From assembly GCA_002269645.1 (NCBI GenBank), contig NIVC01000225.1, forward strand, positions 598,416-662,415: DNA of 64,000 nt. Direction: 5' to 3'. Below are positions 1 through 12,928 of the stretch, piece by piece. A program made the position numbers and the translations under genes. The notes beneath the pieces were generated by a model. That model made no database searches, was not told where the DNA came from, and was given only the letters and a program-made list of their open reading frames with translations. This DNA comes from Macrostomum lignano (Eukaryota). Position 1 is the stretch's first letter. Each line of letters starts with the position of its first letter.

Positions 1-102
1 CAGTAATTCCCCCCCCCCAGCTTTAACATATCAACTTCCCCCCTTGACATCTCAGCAATGCCCCCAATAAGCCTTGGAAATCTAAAAATATCTGTCAACC
101 TT

Positions 103-146
103 CTAACCCTAACCCTAACCCTAACCCTAACCCTAACCTAACCCTA
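103..146. repeat. Short (CCCTAA)n telomere-like tract inside a degenerate repeat region
   Basis: ctaaccctaaccctaacc... about 7 units. The surrounding 1-900 repeats the motif agccttgacatctcagc several times. Confidence 0.7.
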
Positions 147-939
147 AAGCATTGAAATTTCAGTAATTCTCTCTAAGAGTCATTATAGCACTACTACAGC
201 ATTATAGCGATAAGCTTCTTTTATTTTTTACATAACGCTTTTTTTATCAGCGATCCCTCGCCTGAGGAGGCATCAAATAATGTAATAAAAAGTTTTCAAT
301 AAACTACATGTAGCTTCTGACTTTAGCCTTGAAATCTCATTTATACCCCCGTGAGCCTTGACATCTCAGCTATTCCCCCCCGCGTCCGTAAGCCTTGACA
401 TGTCAGCGATGGCCCCCATAAACCTTGAAATCTAAAAAATCCACTGTTAACCTTGAAACCCGATAAAATATAACCCTCAACCCACACCTGACCTAAACCT
501 AACTTTAACCCAACCTAAAGCCTTGAAATCTCAGCAATTCTTCTCCCCTAAGCCTTGACATTTTAGTGATTCCTTCTTTAAGAATCACAGCACTATAACG
601 ATTTCCACCAAGCTTTGACATCGTAGCAATTCCCAAATGAATCTTTTAACTTCGACATGACTTGTCTTTTATGTATACATAGTGCTACTTTTATTTTTTA
701 CATGACTCTTCTTCTATCAGCACCCCCCCATGGCGAGCCAACAAAGAATGCAATAAAAAATTGAGTAAAGTACATGAACTTTGAAGTAGCTTCTGACTTT
801 TGCTTTGAGATCCCAGAAACAACCCCCCCCCCCTCGTAATCTCAGTTATTCTCTGAGAGCCTTTACGTCTCAGTTTTTCTTCCCAGCACAGCATTATAGC
901 TGCATTTCATTTTTACATGACATCCTTAATGTCTGACAT

Positions 940-2071
940 GACGCTTCTTTTGATTTTTACATTACACTTCTTTTATTCTTCCATGATGCTTCTTATTTTT
1001 TTAAATGACGCTTTCATTAGTTTTTAAATGAGGCTTCTATGATTTTTTCATGACGCTTCTATGATTGTTTACATGACGCTTCTATGCTTTTTACATGACG
1101 CTTCTATGCTTTTTACATGACGCTTCTATGCTTTTTACATGACGCTTCTATGATTATTTCATGACGCTTCGATGATTGTTTACATGACGCTTCTATGATT
1201 GTTTACATGATGCTTCTACGATTTCTGCAGGACGCTTCTATGATTTTTTCATGACGCTTCTATGATTTTTTCATGACGCTTCCATGATTTTTTCATGACG
1301 CTTCTATGATTTTTACATGACGCTTCCATGATTTTTTACATGACACTTCTATGATTTTTTGCATGACGCTTCTATGATTGTTTACATGACGCTTCTATGA
1401 TTTTTTACATGACGCTTCTATGATTGTTTACATGACGCTTCTATGATTTTTTACATGACGCTTCTATGATTGTTTACATGACGCTTCTATGATTTTTTAC
1501 ATGACGCTTCTATGCTTTTTACATGACGCTTCTATGATTATTTCATGACGCTTCTACGATATCTGCAGGACGCTTCTATGATTGTTTACATGACGCTTCT
1601 ATGATTTTTACATGACGCTTCTATGATTTTTTCATGACGCTCCTATGTTTTTTCATGACGCTTCTATGATTTTTTCATGACGCTTCTATGATTTTTTACA
1701 TGACGCTACTATGATTTTTACATGACGCTTCCATGATTTTTTACATGACGCTTCTATGATTTTTACATGACGCTTCTATGATTTTTACATGACGCTTCTA
1801 TGATTTTTTACATGACGCTTCCATGATTTTTTACATGACACTTCTATGATTTTTACATGACGCTTCCATGATTTTTTACATGACACTTCTATGATTTTTT
1901 TCATGACGCTTCTATGATTTTTTCATGACGCTTCTATGATTTTTTACATGACGCTACTATGATTTTTACATGACGCTTCCATGATTTTTTACATGACGCT
2001 TCTATGATTTTTACATGACGCTTCTATGATTTTTACATGACGCTTCTATGATTTTTTACATGACGCTTCCA

Positions 2072-2117
<46 letters not shown>

Positions 2118-5100
2118 CCGCCCGTCAGCGGCTGTACCAGCTTCAGGGCAGCATTTGCCGTGCCATCACAGGTGCGTACCCGTCCACCCCTTACGAGGGG
2201 CTGAACACTATCCTTAACCTACCTCCGCTTCACCTATTTATTAGGGCGGAGGCTATGAAGTCTGCCTCCCGGCTTATCAGAGATAAAACGTTAAATAACG
2301 CGCCCTCTGGCTTTATGCCAATGAAAACATTAATCCCGCATATGGACTTTGTCCGCCGCGACCTTAACAACATCCACATGGACCTGGGCAATGTGGATAG
2401 TCGACCTCCCGCCCTCAACATCAGGAGGGGCTTCAAGACCGCCATCCCTGGCCGAGACAACATTCCGCTGGATGTCGGTGTGAACCGGCGCAGCCAGGGC
2501 ATTCACTGCTTCACCGACGGCTCGCTGTTCAACGGCCGCGCTGGAGCGGGTATTGCCATTTTCCACGAGGGTAAGATGCTTCTCCAGGAAAGTCTGCACC
2601 TCGGTGAGAACACCTCAGTTTTCCAAGCTGAAATTTGCGCCATTGAGCAGTGTGCCCAGCAACTGTTTCAGGCGAACATTAATAATTTTGACATTAATTT
2701 CTACACTGATAGCCAAGCTGCTATTAAGGCCTTAACCACTGAGAATATCTCCGCTGCTACAGTATCTCAATGCCACCGCAGTGTGCAATCTCTCTCAGTC
2801 CTTAACAGGATTAGAATTATCTGGACACCTGGTCACAGCAACATCCTGGGCAACGAGCTCGCGGACTCTCTCGCCAAGGAGGGCAGCAACCCAGACGGCA
2901 ACCACCGTCTGATGAGGCTACCCACCCCCAGGTCGCAAGTCACCCGCCATATCAACAGGTGGCTCCATCAGCAGCACCAGCTCCACTGGAACAGCTGCAC
3001 CGAGTACAGGCAGAGCCGCTCTGCCATGCCTAACCTGAACAGGAAAGTCTCTGATTATCTGATTTCGCTTAACAGAACCGACCTCAGGGAGATGTGCATG
3101 GTCCTAACCGGCCACGGATTCTTCCAGAGACATATATCGTTGCAAACCGGTTGCCCTCCCACCTGTCCCTTCTGTGGCATAGGAGAGGAGACCGCGGAGC
3201 ATCACGTCACCTTCTGCCCTAACTTCAACAAGGCGCGGCACAAATACCTCGGCCACCCCCAGCGGATGGACGAGCTGACCACCGCGGACAATATCCGAGA
3301 CCTCCGCGCCTTCGTCCGGGACTCCGGCCGGATGAGGGTCGCCGATCCCTCCACTGCGGACCTGCCGACTACTGGCGGGGACTGGGCGCACCCCCAAGGC
3401 TAATCCTTGTGCTCTTTTACCTTGGGGTTGCGATAGGGGCCTCGCGGCCTATTCGCGGCGCCTGCGCCCCCCGTCAGTAGTAAGTAAGTAAGTAAGTTCC
3501 ATGATTTTTTACATGACACTTCTATGATTTTTACATGACGCTTCCATGATTTTTTCATGACGCTTCTGTGATTGTTTATATGACGCTTCTATGCTTTTTA
3601 TATGACGCTTCTATGATTGTTTACATGACGCTTCTATGCTTTTTATATGACGATTCTATGATTTTTACATGACGCTTCTATGATTTTTACATGACGTTTC
3701 TATGATTTTTTCATGACGCTCCTATGTTTTTTTCATGACGCTTCTATGATTTTTTCATGACGCTTCTATGATTTTTTACATGACGCTACTATGATTTTTA
3801 CATGACGCTTCTATGATTTTTACATGACGCTTCTATGATTTTTTACATGACGCTTCCATGATTTTCTACAAGACACTTCTATGATTTTTACATGACGCTT
3901 CCATGGTTTTTTTTCATGACGCTTCTATGATTTTTTCATGACGCTTCTATGATTTTTTACATGACGCTTCCATGATTTTTTCATGACGCTTCTATGATTT
4001 TTACATGACGCTTCCATGATTTTTTACATGACACTTCTATGATTTTTTGCATGACGCTTCTATGATTGTTTACATGACGCTTCTATGATTTTTTACATGA
4101 CGCTTCTATGATTGTTTACATGACGCTTCTATGATTTTTTACATGACGCTTCTATGCTTTTTACATGACGCTTCTATGATTTTTACATGACGCTTCAATG
4201 ATTTTTTACATGACGCTTCCATGATTTTTTACATGACACTTCTATGATTTTTACATGACGCTTCCATGGTTTTTTTTCATGACGCTTCTATGATTTTTTC
4301 ATGACGCTTCTATGATTTTTTACATGACGCTTCCATGATTTTTTCATGACGCTTCTATGATTTTTACATGACGCTTCCATGATTTTTTACATGACACTTC
4401 TATGATTTTTTGCATGACGCTTCTATGATTGTTTACATGACGCTTCTATGATTTTTTACATGACGCTTCTATGATTGTTTACATTACGCTTCTATGATTT
4501 TTTACATGACGCTTCTATGATTTTTTGCATGACGCTTCTATGATTGTTTACATGACGCTTCTATGATTTTTTACATGACGCTTCTATGATTGTTTACATG
4601 ACGCTTCTATGATTTTTTACATGACGCTTCTATGATTGTTTACATGACGCTTCTATGATTTTTTACATGACGCTTCTATGCTTTTTACATGACGCTTCTA
4701 TGATTATTTCATGACGCTTCTACGATATCTGCAGGACGCTTCTATGATTGTTTACATGACGCTTCTATGATTTTTACATGACGCTTCTATGATTTTTTCA
4801 TGACGCTCCTATGTTTTTTCATGACGCTTCTATGATTTTTTCATGACGCTTCTATGATTTTTTACATGACGCTACTATGATTTTTACATGACGCTTCCAT
4901 GATTTTTTACATGACGCTTCTATGATTTTTACATGACGCTTCTATGATTTTTACATGACACTTCTATGATTTTTTACATGACGCTTCTATGATTTTTTAC
5001 ATGACACTTCTATGATTTTTACATGACGCTTCCATGATTTTTTACATGACACTTCTATGATTTTTTTCATGACGCTTCTATGATTTTTTCATGACGCTTC

Positions 5101-6670
5101 TATGATTTTTTACATGACGCTACTATGATTTTTACATGACGCTTCCATGATTTTTTACATGACGCTTCTATGATTTTTACATGACGCTTCTATGATTTTT
5201 ACATGACGCTTCTATGATTTTTTACATGACGCTTCCATGATTTTTTACATGACACTTCTATGATTTTTACATGACGCTTCCATGGTTTTTTTTCATGACG
5301 CTTCTATGATTTTTTCATGACGCTTCTATGATTTTTTACATGACGCTTCCATGATTTTTTCATGACGCTTCTATGATTTTTACATGACGCTTCCATGATT
5401 TTTTACATGACACTTCTATGATTTTTTGCATGACGCTTCTATGATTGTTTACATGACGCTTCTATGATTTTTTACATGACGCTTCCATGATTGTTTACAT
5501 GACGCTTCTATGATTTTTTACATGACGCTTCTATGATTGTTTACATGACGCTTCCATGATTTTTTACATGACACTTCTATGATTTTTTACATGACGCTAC
5601 TATGATTTTTACATGACGCTTCCATGATTTTTTACATGACGCTTCCATGATTTTTTCATGACGCTTCTATGATTTTTACATGACGCTTCTATGATTTTTT
5701 CATGACGCTCCTATGTTTTTTTTGACGCTTCTATGATTTTTTCATGACGCTTCTATGATTTTTTACATGACGCTACTATGATTTTTACATGACGCTTCCA
5801 TGATTTTTTACATGACGCTTCTATGATTTTTACATGACGCTTCTATGATTTTTACATGACGCTTCTATGATTTTTTACATGACGCTTCCATGATTTTTTA
5901 CATGACACTTCTATGATTTTTTACATGACGCTTCCATGGTTTTTTTTCATGACGCTTCCATGATTTTTTACATGACGCTTCTATGATTTTTTCATGACGC
6001 TCCTATGTTTTTTTCATGACGCTTCTATGATTTTTTCATGACGCTTCTATGATTTTTTACATGACGCTACTATGATTTTTACATGACGCTTCCATGATTT
6101 TTTACATGACGCTTCCATGATTTTTTACATGACGCTTCTATGATTTTTACATGACGCTTCTATGATTTTTTACATGACGCTTCCATGATTTTTTACATGA
6201 CACTTCTATGATTTTTTACATGACGCTTCCATGGTTTTTTTTCATGACGCTTCCATGATTTTTTACATGACGCTTCCATGATTTTTTCATGACGCTTCTA
6301 TGATTTTTACATGACGCTTCCATGATTTTTTACATGACACTTCTATGATTTTTTGCATGACGCTTCTATGATTGTTTACATGACGCTTCTATGATTTTTT
6401 ACATGACGCTTCTATGATTGTTTACATGACGCTTCTATGATTTTTTACATGACGCTTCTATGATTTTTTACATGACGCTTCTATGATTTTTACATGACGC
6501 TTCTATGATTTTTTACATGACGCTTCCATGATTTTTACATGATGCTTCTATGATTTTTTCATGACGCTCCTATGGTTTTTTCATGACGCTTCCATGATTT
6601 TTTACATGACGCTTCTATGATTGTTTACATGACGCTTCTATGATTTTTACATGACGCTTCTATGATTTTC
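940..6670. repeat. 22-23 bp satellite array (CATGACGCTTCTATGATTTTT[T]A)n, interrupted by a LINE at ~2081-3496
   Basis: Directly visible tandem units with recurrent variants (ttcc/ttct, gacac/gacgc, attgtt). Confidence 0.98.
2118..3496 (+). mobile_element. 5'-truncated non-LTR retrotransposon (I-group, LOA/R1-like): end of RT, RNase H, C-terminal CCHC, (TAAG)4 tail
   Basis: [24 protein letters not shown] (post-RT); RNase H catalytic motifs [32 protein letters not shown]; LTGH..CPFC..ETAEH..FC; stop at 3403; TAAG x4 at 3481-3496; 14-bp TSD TTCCA[G/T]GATTTTTT at 2067-2080 and 3497-3510. Confidence 0.93.
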
Positions 6671-7268
6671 TTGGTGTTAAAAAGCTTTAATTAAAAAAAT
6701 TCCACTCTCTAAAAATTCGAACCATCGTCCCTGCATTTAGCAGTCAGTCTGTTTACCTCTAGGCTAGCTCTCATCGTTTTGATAATATGAATTTTAGCAC
6801 TTATAATTATAAGTTTCAAAACTCCAAGCATGGAGTAAATCACACGAGGCAGTTATGACATAATCAATTTCTCAGTCAGTCAGTATCAGTTAACAATATG
6901 GTTACGCAATATAAATCAAGTCTGGTGCTACGCTTCCACACTGCATTTTCGATTCAAGTCGGAGTTACAATTCAGTTATGATGCAATCTATTTCAGAATC
7001 AGAATCAACCAGTCAATTTTTTCTCTAGCATTCGTACAATGCATTTCAAGTCGAAAAGTTTGCTTGACCTTTGCAAAAAAGCATGTTTTTCGAATATTTA
7101 ATGCCTTTAGCATCGAGCAATTTCTTAGCCACGATGCATGTACCGTCACGGGAAAATTTCTGATCGAACAGTGCAAGTCTCATGAAAATCGGTTAAGCCA
7201 TTTTTTCTCTAATCGATTACAAGCAAGCAAGCAAGCAACCAAGCATTTCATTTTTAGTATATAGGAAA

Positions 7269-7754
7269 TCACTTGCATAGGCAGCAGTACAGTAAAATAA
7301 GGCAGGCCACAAGGACCAAAAAGCCACCGCCACCTCCGGCGACTCCAATAATGATACTCATGCTTCCGGTAGAACTTTGAGGGCCAACGGTGCTTCTGGC
7401 ATAACCATAACCGTAATTGCCGCTAGCATTGCGACTGTCCAGCTTCTTGAGCGGCCTTACAACCAGGCGACCTGCCGCAGTTGGCTTGGCTGGAACCTCA
7501 GCTGCCGCAGTTGGCTTGGCTGGAACTTCAGCTGCCGCAGTTGGCTTGGCTGGAACCTCAGCTGCCGCAGTTGGCTTGGCTGGAACTTCAGCTGCCGCAG
7601 TTGGCTTGGCTGGAACCTCAGCTGCCGCAGTTGGCTTGGCTGGAACTTCAGCTGCCGCAGTTGGCTTGGCTGGAACCTCAGCTGCCAGAAGCAGTTGAAG
7701 CAACAGCATTAGGCCGATTGGCAACCAACGATTGCGATGCTGTCTAGCGACCAT
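7269..7754 (-). CDS. Putative small type I membrane protein (~161 aa): signal peptide, 7 x AAAEVPAKPT, TM helix, Cys cluster
   Basis: MVARQHRNRWLPIGLMLLLQLLLA (signal-like); in-frame 30-bp repeat at ~7474-7685; NAS sequon; IIIGVAGGGGGFLVLVACLILLYCCLC hydrophobic segment. ATG at 7754; the ORF-track start at 7760 is TTG. Confidence 0.65.
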   Translation of the reverse strand: MVARQHRNRWLPIGLMLLLQLLLAAEVPAKPTAAAEVPAKPTAAAEVPAKPTAAAEVPAKPTAAAEVPAKPTAAAEVPAKPTAAAEVPAKPTAAGRLVVRPLKKLDSRNASGNYGYGYARSTVGPQSSTGSMSIIIGVAGGGGGFLVLVACLILLYCCLCK

Positions 7755-8194
7755 CTTCAAGGAATTCCCTAGTCTAGCTATAGCTGGTTACAACAATAGC
7801 AAGCAACAGAAGGTTCGGCTGACGCTTTCCAAGCGGTTTTATTAAAATTCATAAAACATTTCGTTTGAAGCATCGACTTATATAGAAATTTAGCAACAAG
7901 GACGTTTTGAGAAGAATTTTTTAACCACTCTTGTCTCTTGCCTCCATCAGCAAGCCAACAACAGAATATTGTACGGTCAATTGTACAATTGTACTGTCAG
8001 GGAAGATTTTCGTGCAAAGCAAACAGAAATGCTTTGCAACCAAGTACATACTTTGCTACTTCTTTTCAGTAGTGAGCTCGAGACATTATATTCATACTAG
8101 CTTCACAAAATTGGAAAATCCTAACATGTTTCAAGACTAGTACAGAAATGTTGAGGCTGATCTCATTCAGTCTCAGTCTCTCAATCTCAATTAC

Positions 8195-8655
8195 TGACTG
8201 CAGGACATCCTTAGCAACCCAGCACTGCAGGACATCCTTAGCAACCCAGCACTGCAGGACATCCTTAGCAACCCAGGACTACAGGACATCCTTAGCAACC
8301 ATGAACTTCAGGACACCCTTAGCAATACAGCACTGCAGGACATCCTTAGCAACCATGAACTTCAGGACACCCTTAGCAACACAGCAGGACATCCTTAGCA
8401 ACACAGCGCTGCAGGACATCCTTAGCAACACAGCGCTGCAGGACATCCTTAGCAACCCAGCACTGCAGGACATCCTTAGCAACCCAGCACTGCAGGACAT
8501 CCTTAGCAACACAGCACTGCAGGACATCCTTAGCAACCCAGCACTGCAGGACATCCTTAGCAACACAGCATTGCAGGACATCCTTAGCAACACAGCGCTG
8601 CAGGACATCCTTAGCAACACAGCACTGCAGGACATCCTTAGCAACACAGCATTTG
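8195..8655. repeat. 27-bp minisatellite (CAGCACTGCAGGACATCCTTAGCAAC[C/A])n
   Basis: Visible tandem units, intergenic. Confidence 0.95.
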
Positions 8656-9774
8656 CTACTGGCAGATCCTTAGAGACTTTTAACACGATGTAATAAAATT
8701 ATTTTTGCAACACAAAACAAAATATGTGTCGAATACCTGAATATCCTCTAGCTGAACCCGAAGGCAGAATGTCTACTTTATGCAAAGCAAATAATTAAAC
8801 AACTAACCAATAGTTTCAATTTGCTTACAAACCATTTTTGAGATAGAAAAAATCACTGTGCAGTAAATGTACAGCAACACTGATATATAATGATAGAAGT
8901 AGTATAACACGCACGTATATTTATAATTTGTTTATTTACATAGACAAGGATAAGTGGACGCCTCTCTAACGCAATTATGCACGCACAGAAACATTTAGCG
9001 AGAGTAAAAAAAGTTATGACAACACAAAAGTACAAACAGAGATAGCTAGAATATTTAGTTAGCAGATTAAAGCAGAGTTTGACAAGCTAAACATTATGAT
9101 ATAAAAAAGCTGAAATTGTTGTTCAAAGAATTCAGAAAACAATGCGGATTAAACCGAGAGAGCTCTAATTCGGATACATTATTCCCACTAAGTAAGAAAG
9201 TTCATTATTTATATATTCCCTTCATAAAAAAAGTGAGCAGAGCACTGCTCAGACGAGGAAACGACAACCAGCTGCCTCAGCCGCAATAATACTCTCGATT
9301 TATTTTAGGTCACAACTTTTTTGTGGAATGAAATTTCCCGACGAGATGACACAAAATATATAGTTAGATTTGCTTTAACACGACGCACACAGATATACAC
9401 AGACTATTGGCAAATTGAATTTTAATTAAATTTTATTCATATTTTATAACAGAATAAAATTGTACTCTACAAAAGCAGCATTGAGGCTTTGCAGATGAGG
9501 AACAAAGACAACTGTTAGCGAATGACAGAACCTGCAGTGTTACAAAATAGTATGCACAGTTAAGTGAGGCGACATGATAATCAAAATGCTCATACTCTAT
9601 CTTAATGAATAATAAATATTTCAACCTTATTTAGACTGACCAACAAGCCCGATTGGTTGACTTCTTAACTGGGATAGATATGCATAATTATACTTAGATT
9701 TATTAAAAACGTTTGGATTTGGTTTTGAGGTCTAAACTCGACTCGGTTTGTGTACACTTTGTAGCTGATAGATA

Positions 9775-10737
<963 letters not shown>

Positions 10738-10880
10738 ACAGAATAAAAATTTACATAGCACATTAAAATACACGACAAACAAGCAACACTGATTTGAATT
10801 AAACAAAACTCTAAAAATAACCTTAAGTCTCTACTGTCGGTAGGTCTCATTAGCACAGCAAAGTTAGTAGTATTGTGTTT

Positions 10881-12897
10881 TCAAATCGGTTTTCCAAAAG
10901 TGGAACCGAATGATGGCAGGCCGGAGTCGCCGCCGCCGATGCCCCAGTCGGCGTCAAGCGCCGACAAAGACTCCAAGATGTCGTCTGGCAGGTCCTGCTG
11001 ATCAACGCCTGCTGACTGTTGCTGCTGATTGGATGAGAACTGATCGGCAGCTACGGCTGGTTGATAGTAGCCAGGCTGCATCTGAGGCTGATGGTTAATC
11101 TGAGCACCGCTTTGAGCACTCGGATAGGCTGTTGAATAATCAGCCGAGGATTGATGCTGGACATATTGCGGCTGATGAGGCGGAGGCTGCGACTGCCAGT
11201 TCATTTGCTGATGATGCTGCTGCTGATGCTGTTGCCACGGTTCCGGTTGAAACTGATGCATTGGCATCGGCTGCTGCTGATGGTAGTGTTGCTGATTGTA
11301 AGCTGGCTGATGAGGATGCTGATGATGCTGATGAGGCTGATGAGGCATCATTGGCGATGGCATTGGCGACATAAAAGACTGCTGCTGCTGAGGTGTTTGG
11401 GTGCTCGCCATAGGCTGCATTGAGTAGCTCTGCTGCTGCTGCTGCTGCTGGGGATAAGGCTGATGTTGATGAAGCTGAAGCTGCTGATGCTGCTGAACAA
11501 ACTGATGCTGAGGCGTCGGATGCTGCGCCACCAGCTGTGTTTGAGCGGGAGACCCGACAGTTGCTGGCGAGACTGGTTGCTTTTTCTTGTGCGACTTTTT
11601 CTTAGCAGCAGCCCCTGCTGCCGCGGCTCCGGCGGCTGATTTCGAATTCCTTCGCTGCGGCTGCGGCTGAGGCGTTGAAGGCGACGGCGCCGCCGACGGC
11701 TTGCCAGCTGTTGACGATGACGAGGACCAGCGGCCGTTGCCGCTGCTGCTGAGTGCCTGGATTAGACAGAGGGTGGTTACACTGTAGTATGGCCTTGGAT
11801 GCGACTCTTGGCTTTGTAATTCTCATGAAAAAACCGTCACTGTACTCAGTCCAATGCGCAATGCCATTTCTAGCAAAAAAAATTTTTCGGATAATCAGTA
11901 ACGATATCTGTTAAAGGGATTCTAAAAACCAAGACGGAGGGAGGGTTCAAGAGGGAGCAATAGATGCAATGGAATCGAAGGGAATGCCAAAAACTGGGTT
12001 TAAAAAAATTCACTGGCGCATTTCCACTGCCAGGAATCAACTGCCAAACCTAACTCTAACCCTAACCATAAAATCTAACCTAACCCTATCCTTAACCTAA
12101 ATCTAATATAACCTTAACCTAAACCTAATCTTAAACTAAATCTAACCTTAACCTAAACCTAACCTTAACCTAAACCTAACCTTAAACTAAATCTAACCTT
12201 AACCTAAACCTAACCTTAAACTAAATCTAACCTTAACCTAAACCTAACCTTAAACTAAATCTAACCTTAACCTTAAACTAAATCTAACCTTAACCTAAAC
12301 CTAACCTTAAACTAAATCTAACCTTAACCTAAACTAAATCTAACCTTAACCTAAACCTAACCTTAAACTAAATCTAACCCTAACTAATTAAATCTAACCT
12401 TAACCTAGACCTAACTTGACCCAAACCTAGCCTAACCTAACCTTAAGCGAAACCTAACCTTAACCTAAACCTAACTTAACCCTAACCTTAACCCTATCAT
12501 AAAGATTTAATTCCTAATCTAAATCGACGTTAGTTAATTTTCGTTCTTTCTCCACAAAGCTATAGTTAAATGGAATCCAAACGGATTGGGAATCCAGAGG
12601 AAATTAAACTGAATCCAAAGGGAATTCTGAAAAATGCACATCGTACTTAAAGAACAATTCCTAATACTCACCTGAGTCAAACGATTCTCAGCCTCTGGCG
12701 AGCCCATTTCGGAAATACTGCGCACAAAATTGTCAATAAAATTATCAACAGAATCGCCGGAATTTGTTACTACCGAGGAAGGAGTAGCCGCTGTTGGAAC
12801 TTGCTGAGCAGTTGCAGACAATTGAGAAGATAAGAACGTTTGAGACGGCTGAATAGGTTGAGGCTGCTGCTGCTGTTGCTGCAGTTGTTGATGTTGC

Positions 12898-12928
<31 letters not shown>

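Noticed and set aside
2048-2117. [13 protein letters not shown]... N-terminus of the 451-aa ORF
   Set aside because: Satellite plus poly-T fused in frame to a truncated LINE; not a real start.
7040-7185. Minus-strand CIVAKKLLDAKGIKY, glutaredoxin-like
   Set aside because: Only 45 aa, lacks CxxC and the rest of the fold; probably chance.
8148-8693. ALQDILSNT / CSAVLLRMS repeat ORFs
   Set aside because: The 27-bp array is open on both strands, with no signal, domain or splice support, unlike the 7269-7754 ORF.
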